A DNA stretch of 32,000 nt from Zymomonas mobilis subsp. mobilis ATCC 10988 (lineage in GTDB: Bacteria > Pseudomonadota > Alphaproteobacteria > Sphingomonadales > Sphingomonadaceae): the NCBI RefSeq assembly GCF_000175255.2, contig NC_017262.1, positions 210,001-242,000 on the forward strand. Direction: 5' to 3'. Position 1 is the stretch's first letter, and each line of letters begins with the position of its first letter. The position numbers were made by a program, and so were the translations under genes. This document shows positions 18,257 to 27,012 of the stretch, one piece after another. The notes under the pieces are model-generated. The model was given only the letters and a program-made list of their open reading frames with translations. It was not told the origin of the DNA and ran no database searches.

Positions 18257-19683
18257 TGGCGCTAGAAATTCTGGTCGTTGATGACGAAATGGACATTCGT
18301 GAACTGGTAGCGGGGGTTCTTGATGATGAAGGCTATGCCACAAGAACGGCTGCGGACAGTGATGCGACTTTACAGGCTTTAGCAGAAAGACGGCCTTCGC
18401 TGGTTTTACTGGATGTCTGGTTAAAAGGTTCGAAACTGGACGGTCTCGAATTATTGGAAGAAATCAAACGGCGTGATCCGACTTTGCCGGTGCTGGTTAT
18501 TTCCGGCCATGGCAATATTGACACGGCTGTAACGGCTATCCGACAAGGTGCCGTTGATTTCATCGAGAAACCCTTTGAAGCCGAACGGTTACTATTGCTT
18601 GTCGAAAGAGCAACCGAAACCGAAAGATTGCGGCAGGAAAACGCTTCTTTAAAGGCCAAAATCGGCCATACTGAAGAATTAACCGGCAATTCCAGTGCGA
18701 TCAATCACGTGCGGGCTACGTTGAAACGGGTTGCAGGCACGGGCAGCCGCGTCCTTATAACAGGGCCTGCTGGGGTCGGGAAAGAGGTCGCCGCCCGATT
18801 GCTCCATATGTGGAGTCCTCGTGCCGCTGCACCCTTTATTGTCGTTTCGGCGGCATGGATGGAACCAGAACGGGTCGAAGAAGAATTATTCGGCGTAGAA
18901 GATAGTCAAGGTGTGGTTCGCCCCGGCTTATTGGAAAAAGCTCATGGGGGAACACTGTTTCTTGATGAAATCGCGGATATGCCCATTCCGACACAGGCCA
19001 AGATTTTACGAGTTCTGACTGATCAGAGCTTTATGCGGGTCGGTGGCGAAAGGATGGTCAAGGTCGATGTCCGTGTTGTCTCCGCTACGGCGCGGGACTT
19101 AGCACGCGAAATCGCTGAAGGCCGTTTCCGTGAAGATTTATATTATCGCCTAAATGTCGTTCCGGTGCATTTACCGGCTTTGGCCGATCGCCGCGAAGAT
19201 ATTCCAGTGCTGATCGACTATTTTGTGGCGCATTATGCAACAGAACGGCGTGTGGCTACCCCACAGGTATCAGAAGAAGCGCTGGCAGCCTTACAGGCCT
19301 ATGACTGGCCAGGTAACGTCAGACAGCTTCGTAATGTGGTTGAACGGACGATTATTCTGGCACCGGGCGATCGTTTAAGCCGGATTGATGTCGATATGCT
19401 GCCTTCCGAAGTGCTGGGCGATCAAAACAGCTTGACCGCAGACGGGCAATCCACCCGCTCGATTATCGGCACGCCATTAAGAGAAGCACGCGAAACCTTT
19501 GAACGGGAATATCTGCGGGTGCAAATTCGCCGTTTCTCAGGCAATATCTCTCGAACAGCTTCTTTTATTGGTATGGAGCGCTCGGCTCTACATCGTAAGT
19601 TAAAAAGCCTTGGTCTTGCCGAACCTCGTAACGCCAATGCCGCGACCAGCAACAATGATAATAATGATAATAACGAAGGATAA
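18256..19683 (+). CDS. ntrX: NtrX-type response regulator (receiver, AAA+, Fis-type HTH)
   Basis: Receiver domain ILVVDDEMDIRELVAGVLDDEGY...LVLLDVWLKGS, Walker A GPAGVGKE, Walker B GGTLFLDEIADMP, and HTH GNISRTASFIGMERSALHRKLKSLG. It overlaps the ntrY stop (TAATG). Confidence 0.93.
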   Translation: MALEILVVDDEMDIRELVAGVLDDEGYATRTAADSDATLQALAERRPSLVLLDVWLKGSKLDGLELLEEIKRRDPTLPVLVISGHGNIDTAVTAIRQGAVDFIEKPFEAERLLLLVERATETERLRQENASLKAKIGHTEELTGNSSAINHVRATLKRVAGTGSRVLITGPAGVGKEVAARLLHMWSPRAAAPFIVVSAAWMEPERVEEELFGVEDSQGVVRPGLLEKAHGGTLFLDEIADMPIPTQAKILRVLTDQSFMRVGGERMVKVDVRVVSATARDLAREIAEGRFREDLYYRLNVVPVHLPALADRREDIPVLIDYFVAHYATERRVATPQVSEEALAALQAYDWPGNVRQLRNVVERTIILAPGDRLSRIDVDMLPSEVLGDQNSLTADGQSTRSIIGTPLREARETFEREYLRVQIRRFSGNISRTASFIGMERSALHRKLKSLGLAEPRNANAATSNNDNNDNNEG

Positions 19684-19714
19684 GTCCTGCATCCTCAATT
19701 GAGCTCATTATTTT

Positions 19715-19745
19715 AGCCTCCAGTTAAAATACTGGGGGCTTTTTT
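19715..19745 (+). terminator. Rho-independent terminator of the ntrYX operon
   Basis: AGCCTCCAGT (19715-19724) pairs with ACTGGGGGCT (19731-19740, one G-T pair), followed by TTTTT. Confidence 0.85.
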
Positions 19746-19910
19746 ATTGTGGCCATCTTGGCAGATTTGTAACATCGAAGCTCGCTGCTATGCTGAATTT
19801 TATCAGCAAAGCTCCAATCCAAAGCGTTCAGCAGCCATCTTTCTAGTCTAGTGATAAAATCTTACTAGGATTTAACCCTCTTATCTCTGATAAAAGTGCC
19901 AGAATATTAT

Positions 19911-20145
19911 AGCCTGCCATAAAGAATTTGGAAAAACGCTATTCCGACCAGGTAGGTGTGCTCTATTTTGCACGAAGACATTCTTGTTTTAGGAAATAGT
20001 AGTGGCGCTGCCACTAGAAGGGCAGGGTAAATTTTTTCAAAGAAATTTTGAAAAGCCAAGACGATCCCAGCCAGCTTCGGTAAAAGCAGATTATATATTA
20101 TAATTTTGGGGAAAGCCTATAAGCCTCTGAAAAAAGAGGCTTTTT
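19911..20145 (+). ncRNA. Candidate structured + strand transcript with its own terminator (unclassified)
   Basis: CCTGCC (19913-19918) pairs with GGCAGG (20021-20026) and encloses the perfect hairpin TAGTGGC-GCT-GCCACTA (20000-20016). The region ends in a + oriented terminator. It has no convincing ORF. Confidence 0.3.
20123..20145 (+). terminator. Rho-independent terminator, + orientation
   Basis: GCCTCT (20123-20128), GAAAAA, AGAGGC (20135-20140), then TTTTT (20141-20145). Confidence 0.75.
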
Positions 20146-20152
20146 AGAAAAT

Positions 20153-20239
20153 TGGTGCGGTCGAGAAGACTCGAACTTCCACGGCCTTTCGGCCACAACG
20201 ACCTCAACGTTGCGCGTCTACCAGTTCCGCCACGACCGC
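20153..20239 (-). tRNA. tRNA-Leu, anticodon GAG, CCA encoded
   Basis: Minus strand: GCGGTCGTGGCGGAACTGGTAGACGCGCAACGTTGAGGTCGTTGTGGCCGAAAGGCCGTGGAAGTTCGAGTCTTCTCGACCGCACCA. The acceptor stem is GCGGTCG/CGACCGC, the anticodon arm is CAACG-TTGAGGT-CGTTG, and there is a long variable arm. Confidence 0.96.
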
Positions 20240-20495
20240 ACTCTATGTAAGCCATTTCAGAGCATCTGCTCTTCCATGTTGGTAGGAGCACACCTTTAGC
20301 AGGGCTTTTCAAAGCTTGCAACCATTTTACGCTATTTATCTCTATTTTTTGTGTTTTTTTATCTTTTTGCCCCTAATCGGATCGAAATCAGGCCTTATTT
20401 CCAAAGCTGACCCGCTTTTTTTGCTAGGCTATTGAAAACGCAAATAATTAGAATCACCTACTTGCGTTGATAGCTGAAGAGAGGATATTCTCTTT

Positions 20496-20837
20496 ATGAA
20501 TAAACGCTATGATAACCGCACAAACGGACAGAGCATGCAAGCTGATATCCCAACTTTGACCCGCGCCGATATTACCGACATGCTTTACCATGAAGTAGGT
20601 TTGTCGCGGGCAGATTCCGCCAAGATGATCGAACAAATGCTTGGTCACATTACAGATGCCCTGAAAAAAGGTGAAAATGTCAAAATATCTGGTTTTGGCA
20701 GCTTTATTCTCAGGGATAAAAATGAACGTGTTGGCCGTAATCCCAAAACAGGGATCGAGGTTCCTATCGCACCAAGGCGGGTTCTGACTTTCCGTGCCAG
20801 CCAGTTGATGCGCCAGCGGATTATCAAGGGAGCCTAA
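20496..20837 (+). CDS. ihfA: Integration host factor subunit alpha
   Basis: [83 protein letters not shown]. The start may instead be the ATG at 20535. Confidence 0.94.
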   Translation: MNKRYDNRTNGQSMQADIPTLTRADITDMLYHEVGLSRADSAKMIEQMLGHITDALKKGENVKISGFGSFILRDKNERVGRNPKTGIEVPIAPRRVLTFRASQLMRQRIIKGA

Positions 20838-20838
20838 C

Positions 20839-21315
20839 TTGTCTGATCGCGATGCCCGTCCTGTTAACGAGGATATCAGGCTAGAAAAGCCTGAAAGAAA
20901 AGCGCATCGTCGTCATACGGGTATTTCTCTCTCCCCCCGCCATAAAAGCCATAGTAAAAGTGATCAGGCTTTATTGACGATCAGCGAATTGGCACGCGAA
21001 TTAGGGGTTGGCTCTCATATATTACGCTATTGGGAAACGCATTTTCCTGATTTGCGACCTTTGCAGCGTGCGGGTAACCGTCGTTACTATCGCCCTGATG
21101 ATGTCGCTTTGGCACGCCGTATCAATCATCTTTTGAATAATGAAGGTTATACGGTTAAGGGCGCGGTTAAATATCTTTCTTCCGAAGGTCAGAAGGATAA
21201 TAAAAACGCTTCAGAGGCAGAAGAAAGTCTTATCAAGGCCGGAATATGCCAACAATGGCAAGAAGAACTGCGTTCAATCAGCAGCATGCTCTCTGATGCT
21301 CTAACGACGGAATAA
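20839..21315 (+). CDS. MerR-family transcriptional regulator
   Basis: TISELARELGVGSHILRYWETHFPDLRPLQRAGNRRYYRPDDVALARRINHLLNNEGYTVKGAVKYL. The TTG start lies immediately after the ihfA stop. Confidence 0.9.
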   Translation: MSDRDARPVNEDIRLEKPERKAHRRHTGISLSPRHKSHSKSDQALLTISELARELGVGSHILRYWETHFPDLRPLQRAGNRRYYRPDDVALARRINHLLNNEGYTVKGAVKYLSSEGQKDNKNASEAEESLIKAGICQQWQEELRSISSMLSDALTTE

Positions 21316-21564
21316 TTTTTTCGGATAGTTGGCTTCTGATTGATCTATTTTAGCAAAAATAATAAGGGCGGCTTTCACGCCCAAGCCTATAGGGCATATT
21401 GTTTGTTCTTAGCTATTCAACGGCTCGATAGAATTGATGCCGTTTTTCTTAACCAAAATCAGCCACTCATATCCTTTAAAATCACAAAATCAGGATCAGT
21501 TGCAGAGTAACCGCGTTTCAAGCCTATCCTTTCACAAAGGAAAGGTAGGCTTGCATCATGATAA

Positions 21565-22236
21565 TTAGAAATCTGGCTGGTCGTAATGATCTGGAGGCAA
21601 AATAACCTCCATTCTCTCTGCTAAAATAGGTTGGAAAGAAGGGCGGGACTTCATTGCCGCATACCATTCGCGACTATTTTCGTGACCGCGCCAATCAACG
21701 CCACCAAGATAATCGGAAACCGAAATTTGTGCCGCTGCCGCAAAATCCGCCAAACTTAAAACAGGCCCCGCCAACCAACGACGATGATCCAATAACCAAT
21801 CAATATAATCGAGATGGCTATTGGCGTTTTTCATGGCACCCCGCAAAATTGCGGCATCCGGTGCCTGACGATGAACCAACCTTTTCAGCATCCGCTCATT
21901 CATTAAAGGCGCGGTGACTTCAAAATAAAGTTTGTTATCAAAGAGAGAAACCAAACGCCTTATTTCAGCCCTATGCACGGCTGTTCCGCTGATAAGCGGC
22001 ATCCGATCGACTGTTTCTTCCAGAAATTCACAGATAACCTGTGAATCCACCAGAATAACAGGCGCAGAACTATCTACCATAACCGGCGTTTGACCGGCTG
22101 GATTCATATCGACGAATTCATCTCTTTTTAGCCATGGGGATTCACGGATCAACTCATAGCCGATCCCTTTTTCACCAAGGAGAAAACGCACCTTTCTGGA
22201 AAAAGGGCAAAGAGGAAACTGATAAAGCTGCCACAT
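21565..22236 (-). CDS. Glutathione S-transferase family protein
   Basis: N-terminal thioredoxin-like fold MWQLYQFPLCPFSRKVRFLLGEKGIGYELI and MNPAGQTPVMVD; C-terminal helical domain GPVLSLADFAAAAQIS. Confidence 0.9.
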   Translation of the reverse strand: MWQLYQFPLCPFSRKVRFLLGEKGIGYELIRESPWLKRDEFVDMNPAGQTPVMVDSSAPVILVDSQVICEFLEETVDRMPLISGTAVHRAEIRRLVSLFDNKLYFEVTAPLMNERMLKRLVHRQAPDAAILRGAMKNANSHLDYIDWLLDHRRWLAGPVLSLADFAAAAQISVSDYLGGVDWRGHENSREWYAAMKSRPSFQPILAERMEVILPPDHYDQPDF

Positions 22237-22269
22237 TAGGGGAACTATAGATAAATACTTCAGGAAAGA

Positions 22270-22292
22270 AAAGCGGCCAATAAGGCCGCTTT
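22270..22292 (-). terminator. Terminator of the gltDB transcript
   Basis: Perfect 9-bp stem AAAGCGGCC (22270-22278) / GGCCGCTTT (22284-22292), followed on the minus strand by TCTTTCC. Confidence 0.7.
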
Positions 22293-22315
22293 GTCTTTCA
22301 CTTTGGCTAGAATAA

Positions 22316-25300
22316 TTAGAAGGCGCCTTCTTGCTCTTTTAATTCAGGCTTTCCGGCCTTTCCTTTTTCCTTTTGATCCTCCGTATTTTTTTTGTCGTCC
22401 AACGGATATTCCAACCGCCCTAACATTTCTTTCGGGCAAATCTGCCAGAATTTCTGAGACCATAAATCCCATTCATCCAGTACCCGATGTGCCCAAGGAC
22501 TATCGGTTTTAACCGCATGATCGGCAATCATCGAACGAAGGACGGTTTCCCAATGGGAAGAAGCCAATCTCTGCCAAATGATGTTATCCGGATTGGCGTG
22601 GCGCTCGAAACTATTGTCTTCATCCAAAACAAAAGCCATGCCACCGGTCATACCGGCACCGAAATTAGGCCCTACAGAACCTAAAATAACGGCCAGACCA
22701 CCGGTCATATATTCGCAACCATTGGCGCCACATCCTTCGATAACGGTCTCTGCACCCGAATTGCGAACAGCAAATCTTTCACCCGCCCGCCCGGCGGCGA
22801 AAAGCTTACCGGCGGTTGCACCATAAAGAACGGTATTACCGATAATAGTATTGGTATGACCGTCTATCGGTGAAGAAACCGTCGGTCTAACAATAATGGT
22901 CGCCCCTGACAGGCCTTTGCCAACATAGTCATTGGCATCACCAAAGACTTCCAAAGTCAGACCTTTAACGCTGAATGCGCCCAAAGATTGACCAGCAGAG
23001 CCCCGTAAACGCACATGAACATGACCATCAGCCAAGCTATCCATGCCAAAATTACGGGTAATTTCAGCAGAGAAGCGCGTCCCGATAGCCCGCTGGGTAT
23101 TGCGGACAGAATAGGTGAGCTGGGTCTTTTCCCGACGCGTAAAGACGGCTTGAGCATCCTGCAACATCTGGGCATCAAGGCTATCTGGAACCGGATTTCT
23201 GAAACCATCAATCTGGAAGTAACGCGCTTCGGTATTGGCATCCACCTTGGCAAGAACTGGATTAAGGTCAAGGTCGTCCAAATGGTCAGCACCACGATTG
23301 ACCTGACTAAGAAGATCGGTCTGACCGATAATCTCTTTCAGGGAACGCACACCCAGCTTGGCCAAAATTTCGCGGACTTCTTCGGCGATGAAGGTCATCA
23401 AATTGATAACCCGTTCCGGCGTTCCTATAAATTTCTGCCGCATGGCTTTATCCTGCGTGCAGATACCAACAGGGCATTTATTGGAATGGCATTGCCGCAC
23501 CATCAAACAACCCATTGCAATCAAGGACAAAGTGCCAATACCGAATTCTTCGGCGCCCAGAATAGCGGCGATCACAATATCGCGTCCGGTTTTCAAACCA
23601 CCATCGGTTCTTAACTTCACGCGATGTCGTAAACCATTCAAGGTCAGAACCTGATTGGCTTCCGACAGCCCCATTTCCCATGGCGTTCCGGCATATTTAA
23701 TCGAGGTGAGGGGGGATGCACCCGTACCACCGACATTACCGGAAATCATGATAGAATCGGCATGGGCTTTGGCAACACCTGCCGCAATCGTTCCAATACC
23801 TGCTGAAGACACCAATTTCACACCGACACGAGCGTTAGGATTGATCTGCTTTAAGTCATAGATCAACTGCGCAAGGTCTTCGATAGAATAGATATCATGA
23901 TGGGGTGGCGGTGAAATCAGGGTTACACCTGGGGTCGAGTGCCGCAATTTGGCGATCATATCCGTAACTTTAAAGCCCGGAAGCTGGCCACCTTCACCCG
24001 GTTTTGCCCCTTGAGCAACCTTGATTTCGATTTCCTCACAGGCGCCAAGATAGGCCGCCGTCACCCCGAAACGTCCAGATGCCACCTGCTTGATCGGCGA
24101 ATTGGCATTGTCGCCATTTTCATAAGGATGAAAACGTTCTGGTGCCTCACCACCTTCACCGGAAACCGATTTGGCACCAATGCGGTTCATCGCGATTGCC
24201 AGCGTTTCATGTGCTTCTGGTGACAATGCCCCCAAAGACATCCCAGGCGTAATAAAACGACGACGAATTTCAGTGATCGGCTCGACTTCTTCAATCGGAA
24301 TCGGCTGTTTTGACCAGTTAAACCCAAGTAAATCACGCAAATAAACCGGCGGTAACTGATGCACTTCCTTCGAAAATTCGAGATAGGTCGTATAGCTATC
24401 GCTGGATACTGCCTTTTGTAATTTGCGCATCAATTCTGCGGTATAGGCATGGCTGTCGCCGCTAGCACGCTGGCGATAAAAACCGCCTACATCCAAAGCT
24501 TTTTTGTTGGCCGCAAAAGCATTCTGATGCCGTAATAGCGCGGAACGCTGCAAAGAGGCGTAACCTTCACCGGAAATCTTGGCGGTCATACCAGGGAATA
24601 AATCATTGACCAATGCACGAGATAAACCGACGGCTTCAAAATTATAGGCGCCGCGATAGCTTGAAACAACGGCAATACCCATCTTCGCCATGATCTTCAG
24701 CAAACCATTGCAGATAGCATGGTGGTGATTATCAAGGCATTGCTCAAGCGTCATCGTGCCAAACAGCCCTTGGCTGTGACGATAGGCAATCGCAGATTCT
24801 GCAAGATAGGCGTTGACCGTCGTTGCTCCGACACCGATCAAAACGGCGACATAATGCGGATCAATACATTCGGAAGCCCGAACATTGATCGACGCATAAG
24901 AACGCAAGCCTTTCCGTATCAAATGCGTATGCACGGCGGCGGTAGCCAAGATCATGGCGACAGCAACACGGTCAGAACCGATATGCTCGTCGGTCAGGAA
25001 TAACTCGCTATGCCCCGAACGGACGGCATTTTCAGCCTGCGTCCGTAAATTGCTGATAGCATGGCGCAGCGCATCGGCGCCATCATCCGGCGAGAAGGTG
25101 CAATCGATTTCAACCGCCTGTTCACCGAAATGGTCTTTTAACTGGCACCATTCCGAAGTTTTTAAATAAGGCGTATCGAGCGTTAAAATCTGCTTCTGTT
25201 TATTCTCGCTATCGAGAATATTCCCAAGATTACCAAAGCGCGTCGTCAGAGCCATAACCTGCGTTTCGCGCAAGGAATCGATTGGCGGATTGGTTACCTG

Positions 25301-26911
25301 ACTAAAATTCTGGCGGAAAAACTGGCTGGTCAGGCGCGGTTTTTCGGTCAAGACAGCAAGGGGCGTATCATCCCCCATGGAGCCCATGGCCTCTTTTCCA
25401 GTTTCAGCCTGTGGAGACAGGACAAGATCCATATCCTCCAAGGTTAAACCCGCAGAAACCTGCCGTTTAATCAGCTCATCGCGATCATAAGGAATAACCG
25501 GATCATAGCTTTTCAGATCAAGGTCACTCAGTTTCTTGAAATCTTTAATCCATTCGCCATAAGGCCGTTCACTAGCGATCAGGTCTTTTAACGGACGATC
25601 TTCATAAAAACGCCCCTCATCCAAATTGACCGCAATCATTTGACCCGGGCCTAACTGCCCTTTGGCAATGACATTGTTTTCCGGCACAACGACCATGCCG
25701 GATTCAGAACCAACGATCAGAAGGTTGTCTTTGGTACGCACCGTACGAAGGGGACGAAGCGCATTACGGTCAACACCGGCAACCGCCCATGAGCCGTCAG
25801 TAATCGCGAGAGCAGCGGGGCCATCCCAAGGCTCCATCACCGAAGCCAGATAGCTATACATATCCCGATGGGTTTTAGGCATATCAGGGTTATGCTGCCA
25901 TGCTTCGGGGATCAGCATCAATTTGGCAGCAGGCGCATGCCGCCCCGCGCGACAAATCGTTTCAAATACCGCATCCAAGGCCGCCGTATCCGAAGCGCCC
26001 GCCGGAATAAGGGGCTTAATATCTTCGGAATGCTCGCCAAAGGCGAGGCTAGCCATTTTGATTTCATGGCTCTTCATCCAGTTACGGTTACCGCGAATGG
26101 TATTGATTTCACCATTATGCGCTAACATCCGGAAAGGTTGAGCCAACCACCATTGCGGGAAGGTATTGGTTGAATAACGCTGATGGAAAACAGCGACACG
26201 ACTGACAAAGCGTTCATCCTGAAGATCAGGATAAAAGATTGACAGAGCTTCCGCCAAAAACAGCCCTTTATAGACAATCGAGCGACAAGACAGCGAGCAG
26301 ATATAAAAATCGTTGATTTGAGCCGCAATCACCTTCTTCTCGATCCGGCGGCGGATCAGATAGAGATTCTTTTCAAATTCAGCTGCGCTCATTTCATCAG
26401 GATGAGGGCCTGCGATCATGATCTGTTCGATTTCGGGGCGCGTCCGCATCGCCTTTTCACCGATAACCGATATATCGACCGGAACCTGCCGCCATCCATA
26501 GATCCGATAACCGAAATCAATGATTTCAGATTCAACAATCGTGCGGCAAGTCTCTTGAGCCGAAAGGTCGGTTCTCGGCAAAAAGACCATACCGACTGCC
26601 AAACGGTTCGGAAGCGGAGCATGGCCGGCATGGGCAATGGCATCATCGAAAAAGCTGGCCGGTAAATCGACATGGATACCGGCACCATCGCCGGTCTTCC
26701 CATCAGCATCGACAGCCCCACGATGCCAGACAGCCTTCAAAGCATCAATCGCCGCCGTGACCACCCGACGAGAAGCCTTGCCATCGGTGGCAGCAACCAA
26801 GCCGACACCACACGCATCGGTTTCAAATTCGGGGCGATACATGCCTTCTTTGGCGAGGCGTTCGCGCTCGGCAAAGACATCAAAAGAATCGGCAGAAGAT
26901 TTTATGCTCAT
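22316..26911 (-). CDS. gltB: Glutamate synthase (NADPH) large subunit
   Basis: 1531 aa with the class II amidotransferase start ETDACGVGLVAA (candidate nucleophile Cys34 if the start is 26911), FMN/central region GGTGASPLTSIKYAG, cluster region CLMVRQCHSNKCPVGICTQ, and a C-terminal GXGXG beta-helix region. Confidence 0.97.
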   Translation of the reverse strand: MSIKSSADSFDVFAERERLAKEGMYRPEFETDACGVGLVAATDGKASRRVVTAAIDALKAVWHRGAVDADGKTGDGAGIHVDLPASFFDDAIAHAGHAPLPNRLAVGMVFLPRTDLSAQETCRTIVESEIIDFGYRIYGWRQVPVDISVIGEKAMRTRPEIEQIMIAGPHPDEMSAAEFEKNLYLIRRRIEKKVIAAQINDFYICSLSCRSIVYKGLFLAEALSIFYPDLQDERFVSRVAVFHQRYSTNTFPQWWLAQPFRMLAHNGEINTIRGNRNWMKSHEIKMASLAFGEHSEDIKPLIPAGASDTAALDAVFETICRAGRHAPAAKLMLIPEAWQHNPDMPKTHRDMYSYLASVMEPWDGPAALAITDGSWAVAGVDRNALRPLRTVRTKDNLLIVGSESGMVVVPENNVIAKGQLGPGQMIAVNLDEGRFYEDRPLKDLIASERPYGEWIKDFKKLSDLDLKSYDPVIPYDRDELIKRQVSAGLTLEDMDLVLSPQAETGKEAMGSMGDDTPLAVLTEKPRLTSQFFRQNFSQVTNPPIDSLRETQVMALTTRFGNLGNILDSENKQKQILTLDTPYLKTSEWCQLKDHFGEQAVEIDCTFSPDDGADALRHAISNLRTQAENAVRSGHSELFLTDEHIGSDRVAVAMILATAAVHTHLIRKGLRSYASINVRASECIDPHYVAVLIGVGATTVNAYLAESAIAYRHSQGLFGTMTLEQCLDNHHHAICNGLLKIMAKMGIAVVSSYRGAYNFEAVGLSRALVNDLFPGMTAKISGEGYASLQRSALLRHQNAFAANKKALDVGGFYRQRASGDSHAYTAELMRKLQKAVSSDSYTTYLEFSKEVHQLPPVYLRDLLGFNWSKQPIPIEEVEPITEIRRRFITPGMSLGALSPEAHETLAIAMNRIGAKSVSGEGGEAPERFHPYENGDNANSPIKQVASGRFGVTAAYLGACEEIEIKVAQGAKPGEGGQLPGFKVTDMIAKLRHSTPGVTLISPPPHHDIYSIEDLAQLIYDLKQINPNARVGVKLVSSAGIGTIAAGVAKAHADSIMISGNVGGTGASPLTSIKYAGTPWEMGLSEANQVLTLNGLRHRVKLRTDGGLKTGRDIVIAAILGAEEFGIGTLSLIAMGCLMVRQCHSNKCPVGICTQDKAMRQKFIGTPERVINLMTFIAEEVREILAKLGVRSLKEIIGQTDLLSQVNRGADHLDDLDLNPVLAKVDANTEARYFQIDGFRNPVPDSLDAQMLQDAQAVFTRREKTQLTYSVRNTQRAIGTRFSAEITRNFGMDSLADGHVHVRLRGSAGQSLGAFSVKGLTLEVFGDANDYVGKGLSGATIIVRPTVSSPIDGHTNTIIGNTVLYGATAGKLFAAGRAGERFAVRNSGAETVIEGCGANGCEYMTGGLAVILGSVGPNFGAGMTGGMAFVLDEDNSFERHANPDNIIWQRLASSHWETVLRSMIADHAVKTDSPWAHRVLDEWDLWSQKFWQICPKEMLGRLEYPLDDKKNTEDQKEKGKAGKPELKEQEGAF

Positions 26912-27012
26912 GGCTTACTTTTCCCAAGCGACTTAACCTGCCGCTTATTAAAGTTCATTTATATCTCAAGGCTTGGTTGCGGCGCTTCAAAAGATTAAAA
27001 ACGCCCCCAAGA

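Noticed and set aside
20091-20321. 76 aa minus-strand ORF (MQALKSPAKGVLLPTWKSR...GRGGTGRRATLRSLWPKGRG...)
   Set aside because: It reads straight through tRNA-Leu(GAG). The RGGTGRRATLRSLWPKGRG segment is translated tRNA, a common artefact.
23015-23614. 199 aa + strand ORF, plus many other + strand ORFs within 22500-27500
   Set aside because: They are antisense to the strongly conserved gltB and gltD genes, and their translations have no recognisable domain or codon-usage support. They are expected by-products of a long conserved gene on the other strand.
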